Numbered from the stretch's first letter, positions 8,982 to 19,161 are shown. The stretch: DNA of 64,000 nt from an uncultured Armatimonadetes bacterium (GCA_963717145.1 OY970325.1:3136001-3200000); one strand, 5' to 3'. Numbers and translations are program-made. Notes: a model not told the origin generated them from the letters alone.

Positions 8982-10466
8982 CCCCCTCAGGAGTTCCCAG
9001 AAGGCTCGGCACGAACGGGCGATGCTCTCCCTCGGCCAGATCACCATCGGGCCGCCGAAGCTCCTGCATCGCAGGATCGAGATCAACTCCTTGATCTCGC
9101 CATTCCCGAATCCGGGCTCGGCCGGTTCTCCCTCGAACCGGCCGTCCTTGATGTAGAGCTGGCCGATCAGTCCCTTCGAGATGCCGTGAGAGTAGACCCT
9201 AAGGAACGGGTTCTGGCCGACAGCCGCGAACTCCGCCGGATCGAACGCGAGATCGACGCCGAGTTCCTTCAGCAGGCCGGTGGACTCGGCGGTGTTGACT
9301 ATCGACGTACTGCTGTTCCTGACCATGAGCCTCAGGCCGCTCGCCCTGGCCGCCGATGCCACCGTCTCGAGGCGAGCCGTGCCTGCGGTGAGGTCGCCGG
9401 TGGGAGCCGACTTTACCAGCGCGCAAGCACCGACTTGCATGGCAAACTTGATGGCGTCTCCAACGTTCTTGGTCCCGCTGACGTCGACCGCGGTTACCGA
9501 CAGGCTCGAATCCAGCACCGCCCTGGCCGATCGCTCCAGACCGTAACTGATCAGCTCCCGAAGCAACTCCGGGCCGATCTCTATGCCGGTGATGCCGAAG
9601 CCCCACAACTCGTGCTGAAGCGCATCGAAGTCGGCGGGCTCATCTAACCGCACGGAGAGTGTGAAATCCTCGGCGGCCAACTCCTTCCGTCGGATCGTGC
9701 CTCGCTGCCGAACGCAGTCGGCGCAGGCGGGATTCTCACAGAGCACGGCGGCGGGATCGTGCTTCAGGGCATCGACGGCGACTCGGACCGTGCCCGCAGC
9801 ATCCATCAGCCGGCAGATGGCCTTCCCGATCCTGCCGGTCCGCATGACGCCCGCTTCCCGAAACAGCGGATCGAGGCCGATGAAGTCCCGATGCGGGCCG
9901 GGAAACCGCTGGAGGGTGATCTCGTGTACCCGGCCGTCTGAGGGGTCGCGGTATCGGGCGAACCGTGGCGTGAGATATGGGCTGTCGGCGTAGTCCTCTG
10001 CGGTGTGGAGGAGCGTATTGCGGTCCTGATCGACCCCGAGGAGCAGGACCTTCCCGCCCCACTCGATCAACTTGCTGAATGGTGTACCGAGTCCGCAGGC
10101 GGTCGTCGCCCTAACGTGATCGGCGATCAACTCCTCGGCACGCGCTCCGGACGCTGCGATCGGATGCGTCGGGTGGATGCTTCGGACGGTTTCCGGGCGC
10201 TTCCTGAACGTCTCAGTGATCGCGCCCATCTGAGACGGCGACTGATCGACCTCGAACACCTCTCCCGAAGTGATCGAGGGTATGTACAGCGTCGGCATGG
10301 CGATCGTGCCGCCCGGCCCGACGGCCTCGACCAGGGCATCGATGACAGAATCAGCGCCGCCCTCGACTCGTCCGATGCTCGAGAGCGCGCTGTGGACCAT
10401 GAGGATGTCGCCCTCCCGCACGCCGAGTTCCCGCAGCCCGCGAACTATATCATCCTTCCCTATCAC
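8976..10466 (-). CDS. AAC(3)-family N-acetyltransferase fused to a xylose-isomerase-like TIM barrel
   Basis: N-part: GDILMVHSALSSIG, RSIHPTHP, GKVLLLGV..NTLLHTAE. Linker: LCENPACADC. C-part: LAFDPAEF, LYIKDG, PGFGNGEIKE. Start approximate (GTG 10466). Confidence 0.85.
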   Translation of the reverse strand: MIGKDDIVRGLRELGVREGDILMVHSALSSIGRVEGGADSVIDALVEAVGPGGTIAMPTLYIPSITSGEVFEVDQSPSQMGAITETFRKRPETVRSIHPTHPIAASGARAEELIADHVRATTACGLGTPFSKLIEWGGKVLLLGVDQDRNTLLHTAEDYADSPYLTPRFARYRDPSDGRVHEITLQRFPGPHRDFIGLDPLFREAGVMRTGRIGKAICRLMDAAGTVRVAVDALKHDPAAVLCENPACADCVRQRGTIRRKELAAEDFTLSVRLDEPADFDALQHELWGFGITGIEIGPELLRELISYGLERSARAVLDSSLSVTAVDVSGTKNVGDAIKFAMQVGACALVKSAPTGDLTAGTARLETVASAARASGLRLMVRNSSTSIVNTAESTGLLKELGVDLAFDPAEFAAVGQNPFLRVYSHGISKGLIGQLYIKDGRFEGEPAEPGFGNGEIKELISILRCRSFGGPMVIWPRESIARSCRAFWELLRGM

Positions 10467-10497
10467 TCCCATACTCCCATTCTCCCGCTCCACGGCC

Positions 10498-10555
10498 GTA
10501 GGGGAGGCCTTCTACGGCCTCCCGCACCGGGCGGGCGTTGAAAGCCCGCCCCTAC
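10498..10555. repeat. GTAG-terminated REP-like heterodimer; supplies the TAG stop of the GH2 gene
   Basis: GTAGGGGAGGCCTTCTACGGCCTCCC ... GGGCGGGCGTTGAAAGCCCGCCCCTAC. Confidence 0.8.
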
Positions 10556-13500
10556 GGGACACTCTGGCTCGGCGGAATCAGCCGGAGCCTGATCTCGCCC
10601 TTCAATGTGTCGCCCGGCTTGAGTATCCGCCCGATGCCGTATGCGCCGTCGTACTCCGGTATACCCGTCGCCGAACCGCCGTAGTAATCGAGGACCTTCA
10701 GCGATACCGAGTCCACTCCCACCGTCGCTCGTACATGCTGCGTCCCGTCGGAGACCACCTCGATCCCCGCGCCCGTGGCGTTCGTCAGGCGGGCCGTGTA
10801 TATGTTCCGCTTCGTGCTGCGAAAATCATTGCAGCCGAGGGGATGACCGTCGAGACCGTATGGCCGGTCCCCCGGGGGAACATCCTGCTCGACATCGGGA
10901 TGCGCGACGGCGGTTCCAGTCGGTCGGCCGATGTGGTCTGAGGGATAGTACGACCATTCGGCCCGACGGTCCCATTCGAGCTTGTCGGAACTGAGCGGGA
11001 GTTCGAACTCCAGGCCGACCTCTCGCGAGGCTCTTTCGGGGCCGCTGTATGCAAAGTCGTAGCCGATCGCCACATCGCCCGAGTCGTCCATCGCGACCTG
11101 GAAACCTCCCCTGAAGTCATTCCCGTAGTCGCCCTTCCACTCCACACCGTCGGGATTCGTTTCGACCCCGGTGAACCGCCATCCCGCCGGGCTTACCCCG
11201 GAAGGACTCGCGTTGTCCATCACGTGGAGCGCGGGACCGGAGACGAGGATGACCTCACCGCCTGCGGTGGCCTTCATCAGCCCGCCGGTGTTTCGGTCGA
11301 ACGCGATCTCGCAGCCGCTGCCGACGAGCCGCACCAGGGATGCCCCGCTGAGATACTTCACGGGCTCCTCGATCACACGCGCGGGCCGACCAGACCACTC
11401 CGGCTTGGGGATGTCGCGATCCCTGAACGTCAGGTTACACGCGTCAATCATCTGCTTATCGGCGCTCAGGAATTCGAGCGTGAGGATGTCGTCGGGCCCG
11501 GGTTGACGGACCGGTATGCTGAGTTCGCCCGACGTGCCCTGAGGCACATCGGCATGCACTTCGCCACTCTGCTTGCCCATCCGCCACTTGCAGGCGACAT
11601 CCCTGAGATTCGTGAACGCATATCGGTTCTCGACCTGCACCTGGACCGACTTGCCGGGCATCGGAATGGCAAGCGGACTCTCGGCGATCTGCACCGGTGA
11701 GAAGAGCTTCTTCGTCAGCCACCACTCCGGCCTCGGTCTGCGCCAGCCGTCGATCGTCCCCCAGACGTAGTCGCCGACGATCCCGCGGCCCGGCATCTTG
11801 TAGATTCGATCGGCAAAGGTCATCCTCGGGTGGCCCGCGCGCCAGTAGCGCATGGCCGCACCCGGAACGAGCGCCTGGTCATCTATCCATGCCCAGATCA
11901 TCACGCCCAAGTGGTGGTCGCTGTGGTAGATGGCGTCGCGCGGCTCGGGATGGGCGGTGACCCAGTAGTCGCGCAGGCCGGGATCGAGTTCCAGACCAGC
12001 GTAGAGTCCCCAGCCGTGGAAGTTGGCCATCCCCTCATCATACAGGACCGGCATGTTCAGGTCGGCGGTGTCCTTCATGCGCTGCATACTGGTCGGATTG
12101 TGATAGGTCGCGATCTCGAGGTTCCCGGACTGGCCGGCGCTGCACGGACGAGTCGGGTCGGATCGCTTCACCCAGTCCCAGTTGATGGCGAAGTTGCGCC
12201 CAAAGCCGCTTTCGTTGCAGAGGGACCAGATCGAGACACACGGATGGTTCCGGTCGCGCTCGATCAGTTCGCTCGTCACGCTGATGAAGAACGGCGCGTA
12301 TCGCAGGTCGTTCGCATAGGTCTTCTCCGGGCCGAACATGCCGGTATCAACCCAGATGAACGGCGCTTCATCCTCGACATAGAGGCCCATCTCGTCGGCG
12401 AGATCGGGGACCGAGGGATGCGTGGGGAAGTGAGAGGTACGGATCGCGTTCAGATTGCAGCCCTTGATCAGTTCGAGGTCCTGGCGCACGACATCTTCGG
12501 TGACCGCCCTGCCCATCAGGGGGTGCGCGTCGAGCCGGTTCGTGCCCCAGAATTTCACGGGTTGGCCGTTGACCAGGTACGTCCGGCCTCTGATCTCGAC
12601 TTCCTTGAATCCGAACCGCTGCTCGATCTGTGCCGAGGCCTGACCGGGGACGATCACCTCGGCCGTGATGCGGTAAAGGCGCGGGCTCTCGCAGTTCCAC
12701 TGCTCGGGCGACGTGACTCTCGCCTTGAGAGTGACACGCCGCATCTCCCACGGGCCGAGGGTCACCTTCGCATCGAGCCCGGAGAGCGGGACCTGCTTGC
12801 CGCGCGGATCGATCACCGTGAGCCTGACCTCGGCGTCCTTGATCTCGCGGCTCTGCTCGTTGGAGACGTCCACATCGACCATCAGGTCGGCGTCGCGGTA
12901 GTGCTCATCGAAGTCCGTACTCAGGGCGAGCCGGGAAATGTGCGCGGGCTCGACGCAGAAGATCTCGATCGGCCGCCAAATACCTGCGAGATTCCAATAG
13001 GCGTAGAAGCTCATCCGGTCGAGATCATTGGCGAATGAGTGATCGTGCACCAGAATCTCGAACTCGTTCTCCTTGCCCGGCCTCGCGGCGTCGGTGAGAT
13101 CGAGTTCAAAACCGGTCGCGCCCACGTGACCCCCGACCTTCTGACCATTCATCCAGATCTCCGCCTGGCTGTATATCCCGTGGGCCCTCAGCTTGATCCG
13201 CTTGCCGGCCCAATCAGCCGGGATCGTCACCTTCCTCCGGTACGCCGCGCGGCCCGATTCGGCGATGAATCCCTTCATCTCCCAGTGTGACGGCGTCTCG
13301 ATGGCGTGCCAGTCGACGCCGGACTGATCCGATGGGAATCCCTCGGGCGGATCGACCGCGAAGTCCCATTTCCCATCGAGGGAGATGCGGCGCGAGCCGG
13401 CCTTGGGACACGGGGTCAGCCGCTTGGAGATCTCGTCGGCCTCGACTCGGGCGCGGCCGCTTCCGGCGGGCGAGTCAGCTTCGATGTCGAGTGATCCGGC

Positions 13501-13767
13501 GGTTCCTAGTGGCAGGTCGACCTGCCAGAGTCCGTTCGCACCGGTGCGGGCGGTCTGCTGCCAGGGTCCGACGGGGTTGCGGCCCGACACTTTGACCTCA
13601 GCGCCCAGGACGGGGTTCGCTCCATCGTCGGTCGAGACGGTACCTATGAGATGGCCGATCAGATCGCCGGCCACAGCGATGTCGAGCGTTTTCACGGCGC
13701 TCCCTTCCTCGGCGAAACAGAGGCTGCCGATCAGCAGCGTCAGAACGAATGCCGACACTATCTTCAT
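10552..13767 (-). CDS. Exported glycoside hydrolase family 2 (beta-galactosidase/glucuronidase-like)
   Basis: Signal peptide; SLDGKWDF, NLNAIRTSHFP, RDRNHPCVSIWSLCNES (acid/base NE), VLYDE nucleophile region. Confidence 0.92.
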   Translation of the reverse strand: MKIVSAFVLTLLIGSLCFAEEGSAVKTLDIAVAGDLIGHLIGTVSTDDGANPVLGAEVKVSGRNPVGPWQQTARTGANGLWQVDLPLGTAGSLDIEADSPAGSGRARVEADEISKRLTPCPKAGSRRISLDGKWDFAVDPPEGFPSDQSGVDWHAIETPSHWEMKGFIAESGRAAYRRKVTIPADWAGKRIKLRAHGIYSQAEIWMNGQKVGGHVGATGFELDLTDAARPGKENEFEILVHDHSFANDLDRMSFYAYWNLAGIWRPIEIFCVEPAHISRLALSTDFDEHYRDADLMVDVDVSNEQSREIKDAEVRLTVIDPRGKQVPLSGLDAKVTLGPWEMRRVTLKARVTSPEQWNCESPRLYRITAEVIVPGQASAQIEQRFGFKEVEIRGRTYLVNGQPVKFWGTNRLDAHPLMGRAVTEDVVRQDLELIKGCNLNAIRTSHFPTHPSVPDLADEMGLYVEDEAPFIWVDTGMFGPEKTYANDLRYAPFFISVTSELIERDRNHPCVSIWSLCNESGFGRNFAINWDWVKRSDPTRPCSAGQSGNLEIATYHNPTSMQRMKDTADLNMPVLYDEGMANFHGWGLYAGLELDPGLRDYWVTAHPEPRDAIYHSDHHLGVMIWAWIDDQALVPGAAMRYWRAGHPRMTFADRIYKMPGRGIVGDYVWGTIDGWRRPRPEWWLTKKLFSPVQIAESPLAIPMPGKSVQVQVENRYAFTNLRDVACKWRMGKQSGEVHADVPQGTSGELSIPVRQPGPDDILTLEFLSADKQMIDACNLTFRDRDIPKPEWSGRPARVIEEPVKYLSGASLVRLVGSGCEIAFDRNTGGLMKATAGGEVILVSGPALHVMDNASPSGVSPAGWRFTGVETNPDGVEWKGDYGNDFRGGFQVAMDDSGDVAIGYDFAYSGPERASREVGLEFELPLSSDKLEWDRRAEWSYYPSDHIGRPTGTAVAHPDVEQDVPPGDRPYGLDGHPLGCNDFRSTKRNIYTARLTNATGAGIEVVSDGTQHVRATVGVDSVSLKVLDYYGGSATGIPEYDGAYGIGRILKPGDTLKGEIRLRLIPPSQSVP

Positions 13768-13786
13768 CAATCTGTCTTCCTTGATT

Positions 13787-13881
13787 ACAGCCTGTAGCCT
13801 AGCCCCTTGTGGGCGTTCGACGGGGACAAGCCCCTAGGCTACGGCTGTGCGAACGCCCACAAGGGGCTAGGCTACAGGCTG
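13787..13881. repeat. GTAG REP-like inverted doublet with internal partial copy; supplies the cyclase stop codon
   Basis: ACAGCCTGTAGCCTAGCCCCTTGTGGGCGTTCG / CGAACGCCCACAAGGGGCTAGGCTACAGGCTGT. Confidence 0.9.
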
Positions 13882-14525
13882 TCGATGAGCACCGCCCTGG
13901 CCGGGGATGCGCAGGCTCCCCGGATCGGCAGCGGGAGCACGATCAGCGTGCCGGTGCGTTTCTCGAACTGCTCCAGATTCATCAGTGGCGCGAGGAGGAG
14001 CACATCCTGCCTGAAGAAGCGCTCGAAGAATCCCTGCGGATCATCGAGGCTGTCCCATCGAGGGAGGTCAGCCCCGACCAGCGCAGGCCTCAGCGAGAGA
14101 ATGTGGTCCATCGCCGCCGCAGAGAAATGCGGGGAATCGACGAGGAAGCGCGAATCCTCCCAGTTGCGTCCCCATTCGGTACACACGAGCACCGCCAACC
14201 CCTCTGGTATATCCGCAGTCAGGGGCAGGAGTTCCTCCACGCCGATGATCTCTCTCGGAGCTTTGGGCTTGAGGCGCAGGATGTGGGCGTCGAGAAACAG
14301 CTCGTCCGGGCGCAACTGATCGACCGTGCGCATCTCCGGAAACATGTGGGCGCCCGTCTCAAGATAAGTGCCGGTCTGGACGTTCATCGAAACATTCTGA
14401 GAGTAAGTCGGGTACGACACCCAATCCACGGGCGGGACCTGCTCCATGCTGAAAGGCTCATATGGTGGGCCGTAGGTCCACATGCCCTCGTAGATCGGCC
14501 CGGTGATGTCGAGTATTCGCGGCAT
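13872..14525 (-). CDS. Cyclase family protein (KynB-like fold) with degenerate metal motif
   Basis: ILDITGPIYEGMWTY, QTGTYLETGAH (canonical HxGTHxDxPxH), PLPIRGACASPARAV. Confidence 0.85.
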   Translation of the reverse strand: MPRILDITGPIYEGMWTYGPPYEPFSMEQVPPVDWVSYPTYSQNVSMNVQTGTYLETGAHMFPEMRTVDQLRPDELFLDAHILRLKPKAPREIIGVEELLPLTADIPEGLAVLVCTEWGRNWEDSRFLVDSPHFSAAAMDHILSLRPALVGADLPRWDSLDDPQGFFERFFRQDVLLLAPLMNLEQFEKRTGTLIVLPLPIRGACASPARAVLIDSL

Positions 14526-14978
14526 GGTTGATCCCCCATCCCGGTATTCCGCAACAACTTCCACCGTTCCTGCCGACTGCGCTATGGTAGGACTACGGGC
14601 GGTAGCTAGATTGGTAAGAAAGAAAGCAATAATTTTTTCAGAAAGCCGTAGCTACTTGGACATATCTGTGGTATAATGGGGACGCAAGAAGGCCCTTGCT
14701 GTCCCACTTCAACTACAAACCGGCTTCCATGAAGGTCCCCGGCTGCGCGCACTCGAGTACAGGATGTGATCATCTCCTGTGCGAGCAAAGTCCGCCGAAG
14801 AGCGGACTAACTCTGCTCCATAACGGAGCATTTAGAGGCGTAAGCATGAAGCATGTCAAGGCAACAGGCCGCGTAAGTGCGGCCGAAACCTCCCTACCCG
14901 TCTCACCATGTGTTACCCGGCTACAGATGTACCTATCCCAAAAGGGCCATAAGGACAACTCCGTCTGGGTGATCGAGC

Positions 14979-16727
14979 ATGCCTGAGTACCCGAAAACGA
15001 CAACTTCAACACTCGATCTGTCGAAGCGCAGACCGTTGGCGCAACCCAAGGCCACGCCTGAGGAACTGCTCGAACGCGCAAACGCGCTTCTCCATGCGTC
15101 CGAGAGAATCCTGCAGGCCGGACGTGCCGAGGAGTTGCTGCAGATCACCGTGGATGCGGCGCGACATATCACCGGGGCGCGGCTCGCAGCGGCGGACTAT
15201 GCGTGTTCCGACGGTGAATCTGCGATCGGGGCCAGCTCCGTAGATCCGACTCTCGGGACATTCCCGATGCTCGCCAGAACTCGCGGGCGGCTGCTCTTCG
15301 AGATCGCAAGGGCCGGCAAGTCAATCAGACTAACGGATGAACAGGTTCAGGCCGACGACACATGGAACCGTCTTCCGGCAGGCCATGTGCCGCTGCGCGG
15401 GCTTCTGATCATGCCGATCCCAGGACAGGGCCACATCCTGGTCTCCGACAAACCCGACGGCGGGGAGTTCACGCGTGATGACGAGGCCATCCTGGCGCGG
15501 CTTGCGGCAATCACATCGGGCGCCCTGCGGCTTCTCGAGGCAAGACACGAGGCCGAGCGGAGGGCCAAGCAGGCAGAAGACGGCCAGCGGACTCTCGACG
15601 CACTGATGGATTTCATCCCTGAGGGAATCGCAATCACCGACGGCGCTAACGTCACGATCCACAGGGTCAGCCGGCATGGACAGGAACTCGGCGGTCAGCA
15701 TCACGAAGCCGTCGAAGGCATCCCTGTGGAGGATCACTTTGCGAACTGGGGCATCCTTGGCCCCGACGGGAATACTCTTGCGAACTCGGACCTTCCGCTG
15801 AGTCGCGCCGCCCGAAACGGCGAGATCACCGTCAACCAGGAATGGGTCATCGAGAGGCCGGACGGGACCAAGATCACTACGCTCTGCAGCGCCGCCCCGA
15901 TACGCGACGAGAGCGGCGAGGTCGTCGGCGGAGTGATGGCATGGCGGGACATCACCGACATCAGGACGTCGCGGACCGAACTGGAGAAGGCCTATGAGCG
16001 CGAGCGGCATTCGTCGGAGGTCCTCCAGCGGGCCCTCGCCCCTCGGAAACTCTCCGTCGGCCCGGGTTACCGTACCGCCAGCAGATACCTTCCCGCTCAT
16101 TCGGGACATGAGATCGGCGGGGACTTCTACGACGTTTTCACTACCGATGGCGGCAAGGTAGCCGTCCTCATCGGGGATGTCGCGGGCAAGGGACTCGACG
16201 CAGCCGGACTCGCGGCCGCCACTCGCAGCACGGTGCGCGCATTCGCGTTCAAATCATCATCCGCAGGCGAGGCCCTCACTCACGCGAATTGCGTTCTGTA
16301 TCCCCAGCAGCCCTGGGGCTCGTTCGTGACCGTGTCACTGGCAATCATCGACCCACCCACCGGCCAGATCACCTACGCCAGCGCCGGACACCCGCCGGCG
16401 GCGGTTCGACGTGAGAACGGAGACATCGAGTTCTTCGAGATCGGCTGTCCACCGTTCGGCCTGGCGGAGGACATGGAGTTCGAGGAGCACGGATTCGATC
16501 TCTTCCCTCGCGACAAGATCGTCTTCTACACGGATGGGGTCTCCGAGGCGCGGCACGACGCAACTCTATTCGGAACCGAGGGGGTCGAGCGGATACTTCG
16601 GAATCACGGCGATTGTGCACCCGATGACTTCCTGAACAAGCTGCTCGGGGCCGCCGGCAAGTGGGCTCAGGGGCAGCTCAAGGATGACGCCGCCGTCATA
16701 GTGATCGAGCGCGCAGCCAACGATTGA
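14979..16727 (+). CDS. GAF-PAS-PP2C (SpoIIE/RsbU-type) serine phosphatase
   Basis: GAF segment; PAS/PAC (SAAPIRDESGEVVGGV..RDIT); IGGDFYDV, IGDVAGKG, SAGHPP, FYTDGVSEA, LKDDAAV. Confidence 0.93.
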   Translation: MPEYPKTTTSTLDLSKRRPLAQPKATPEELLERANALLHASERILQAGRAEELLQITVDAARHITGARLAAADYACSDGESAIGASSVDPTLGTFPMLARTRGRLLFEIARAGKSIRLTDEQVQADDTWNRLPAGHVPLRGLLIMPIPGQGHILVSDKPDGGEFTRDDEAILARLAAITSGALRLLEARHEAERRAKQAEDGQRTLDALMDFIPEGIAITDGANVTIHRVSRHGQELGGQHHEAVEGIPVEDHFANWGILGPDGNTLANSDLPLSRAARNGEITVNQEWVIERPDGTKITTLCSAAPIRDESGEVVGGVMAWRDITDIRTSRTELEKAYERERHSSEVLQRALAPRKLSVGPGYRTASRYLPAHSGHEIGGDFYDVFTTDGGKVAVLIGDVAGKGLDAAGLAAATRSTVRAFAFKSSSAGEALTHANCVLYPQQPWGSFVTVSLAIIDPPTGQITYASAGHPPAAVRRENGDIEFFEIGCPPFGLAEDMEFEEHGFDLFPRDKIVFYTDGVSEARHDATLFGTEGVERILRNHGDCAPDDFLNKLLGAAGKWAQGQLKDDAAVIVIERAAND

Positions 16728-16783
16728 CTGACGTGAGACTCTAGACTTTAGGCTTTGGACTTTCGACCTTCGACTCCCCTCCG

Positions 16784-16792
16784 TGATATAAT
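16784..16792 (+). promoter_or_regulatory. Extended -10 promoter (TGnTATAAT) for mpg, probably leaderless
   Basis: TGATATAAT lies 9 nt before the ATG at 16802, with no SD sequence. Confidence 0.55.
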
Positions 16793-16801
16793 CTCCCCGC
16801 A

Positions 16802-17389
16802 ATGATCTACGCCGATTGCCCGCCACTGCCCAGGGAGTTCTACCTCCGGGACACCATCGAAGTCGCGAGATCGATCCTCGGCAAGGTGATCGTCCACCGC
16901 ACGCCTGAGACTCTGATCGCCGGGCGGATCGTCGAGGCCGAGGCATACACGAGCAATGACCCGTCATGCCACGCGTGCCGTGGGATGACGAAACGAAATG
17001 CCCAGATGTTCGGTGAGCCGGGGCATGCGTACATCTACTTCACTTACGGAATGTACTACTGCCTGAACGCCGTGACAGCGCCGGAGGGGGTCGCCGAGGC
17101 GGTGCTCATCCGGGCGGCCGAGCCGCTCCAGGGCATCGACCTGATGGTGAGGAATCGGGGCACGGACGTGTTGACCAATCTCGCGAGCGGACCGGGGAAG
17201 CTCTGCATGGCGTTCGGGCTCGAAAAGAGCCAGAACGGGCTCGACCTCACCGGCAGCGACCTCATGATCGTCGACGACGGCTTCGTCCCCAGCGAGATCG
17301 TGACTGCCACGCGCATCGGAATCCGCCTCGCCACCGACTACCCCTGGCGGTTCTACGTCAAGGGCAACCCACACGTGTCACGGCGGTAA
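16802..17389 (+). CDS. mpg: DNA-3-methyladenine glycosylase (AAG/MPG family)
   Basis: GRIVEAEAY, YIYFTYGMYYCLN, AVLIRAAEP, GPGKLC, RIGI..PWRFY. Confidence 0.95.
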   Translation: MIYADCPPLPREFYLRDTIEVARSILGKVIVHRTPETLIAGRIVEAEAYTSNDPSCHACRGMTKRNAQMFGEPGHAYIYFTYGMYYCLNAVTAPEGVAEAVLIRAAEPLQGIDLMVRNRGTDVLTNLASGPGKLCMAFGLEKSQNGLDLTGSDLMIVDDGFVPSEIVTATRIGIRLATDYPWRFYVKGNPHVSRR

Positions 17390-17529
17390 ATTCGAAATTC
17401 GAAGCTCGAAATTCGAAACAAATCCGAATGACTGAAATCAGAAAAGGCAAACAAACCGCTGCGGATGGGTCGTTTGCCTTTTGCTTGTTTGCATTTTGTT
17501 TCGAATTTCGAGCTTCGAATTTCGAATTT
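17388..17529. repeat. Heptamer (AAATTCG)n inverted-repeat element without cargo gene
   Basis: Perfect 35-bp inverted repeats (17388-17422 / 17495-17529) plus an inner AAAAGGCAAAC/GTTTGCCTTTT pair. Confidence 0.92.
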
Positions 17530-17534
17530 TGCCC

Positions 17535-18716
17535 TCAGGCTATCTCTTCGTCGGTGAGGTAACACGCCGGGTCGGGCGCCCAGATGTCGCTGTGGACCGC
17601 CTCCGCTCGGACGCGGAAGTTTCCGTTGCAGATATCGAGCCACTTGCACGAGGCGCATCGCCCGGTCAGCAGCTTTTTGCGGTCTTTGAGACCGGCCATC
17701 AGCGGGTCGGAGGTGTCCGTCCAGATCTCGCTGAACGGACGCTCCCGGACATTCCCGAACGAGTGATGCCACCAGAACTGATCGGCGTGGACGTTGCCCT
17801 CGTTGTCGATGTCCGCGATGCCGATCCCGGAGCTGTTCCCGCCGTTCCATTCGAGGAGCTGGAGCACCTCGTCCACGCGGGGACTGCCCTCTCGGAGCAT
17901 GCGCATGTAGAGGTACGGCCCGTCGCAGTGGTTATCGACGGTGAGGATATCGACATCGAGCCCGCGCCGCATCATGTCCGCCGTGCGATCGATGATCAGG
18001 TCAACGGCCTTCCGCGATTCCTCGTGCGTAAGGTCATCCGCCTGCATCGCGCTTCCACGACCGGTGTAGACGAGGTGGTAGAAGCACGCGCGGTTGATCT
18101 TGTGCTCCTCGATGAAGTCGAAGATGCGCGTCGAGCTGCTCGTAGTTGTGGCGCGTGAGAGTCAGCCGTAGACCGACCTTCTGCCCGACGGCGACGCAGT
18201 TGTCGAAGCCGCGCATCGCCGCCTCGAACGCGCCTTCCTTTCCGCGGAAGAAGTCGTTCGACTCGCCGATCCCGTCCAGGCTGAAATGCCGACGTAGCCG
18301 AAATCGGTCTCCTTGATGCGCTCGGCGACCTTCTCCGTGATGAGCGTGCCGTTCGTCGAGATCACGGGCCGGATGCCGAGTTCCTTGCAGAGCGCGGCGT
18401 TCTCGTACATGTCCTCTCGGATCAACGGCTCGCCGCCGGAGAAGAGGAACACCGGCGCGCCGAACTCGCCGAGGTCGCGGATGATCGTCTGGATCTCCTC
18501 GGTTGACATCTCGTTCGGATACGCCTTGTTGTCGGAGTCGGCGTAGCAGTGGATGCATTTGAGGTTGCACCGGCGCGTCCCGTTCCAGACCACGATCGGC
18601 TTCTTGTCGGCCGAGTACTGGAGCAGGTGCGCGGGCATCCCCTCGCTCTTGCGTCCATATCGAAGCGGGTCACCGGTCGTCGCCGTCCCGCAGTATAGTT
18701 TTGTTATTCCAATCAT
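17535..18716 (-). CDS. ahbC: Radical SAM/SPASM heme biosynthesis protein AhbC (NirJ1-type); frameshifts near 18285 and 18125
   Basis: MIGITKLYCG...LRYGR..MPAHLLQYSADKKPIVVWN..RRCNLKCIHCYA, SLDG, TVDNHCDGPY, HADQFW, C-x2-C-x5-CNGNFRVRAE..APDPACYLTDEEI, spread over three frames. Confidence 0.88.
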
Positions 18717-18729
18717 TGTTTTCCCTTCT

Positions 18730-19161
18730 TCACCGGGCCAGGCACGGAGGAATCCATACGCCTCTTCCTCTAAGGGTCAGCCGCGTTCGAACTCCAACGT
18801 CAACCGCCTGACTCAAGAACTGCCGATCGCGAAACGCACGAAGCAGATTCTTTGAGTCCATCCTAAGAACGAGACTCCGAACAACCCACTTTGGATCTGG
18901 AGCAAGCGTGAGCAGTTGTATGGCATCTCTGGCCTCATCAGAGGTCAGGTTGCGCAAGCCAGGGCATGTCCTGAATTCTGCAAAGGCATCGTCCAGAGCA
19001 GCTTCCTTCGAACCGATCTGTGCGTAGACTCCATCATAAACTTGCTCGAACCGGCGCAGGTGCACCGCAGTGGAAAATCCTCTGTGCATCCGCATCAGCA
19101 TGTAGCCGACAAACAGCACTATGAATACTCCGACGATGCCTATCACGATCCAGATCGTCAC
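18730..19161 (-). CDS. Hypothetical protein with N-terminal membrane anchor
   Basis: Hydrophobic N-terminal helix, GGAG RBS, fills the gap in a co-oriented gene string. Confidence 0.65.
   Translation of the reverse strand: MTIWIVIGIVGVFIVLFVGYMLMRMHRGFSTAVHLRRFEQVYDGVYAQIGSKEAALDDAFAEFRTCPGLRNLTSDEARDAIQLLTLAPDPKWVVRSLVLRMDSKNLLRAFRDRQFLSQAVDVGVRTRLTLRGRGVWIPPCLAR

Noticed and set aside
14696-14986. Small ORF upstream of the PP2C gene
   Set aside because: No recognisable motif and atypical codon use; it may be a leader region. It cannot be supported from sequence alone.
17535-18716. Programmed frameshifting or pseudogene status of ahbC and other split genes
   Set aside because: No slippery heptamers or decay were seen; similar single indels are scattered across unrelated genes, favouring sequencing error.
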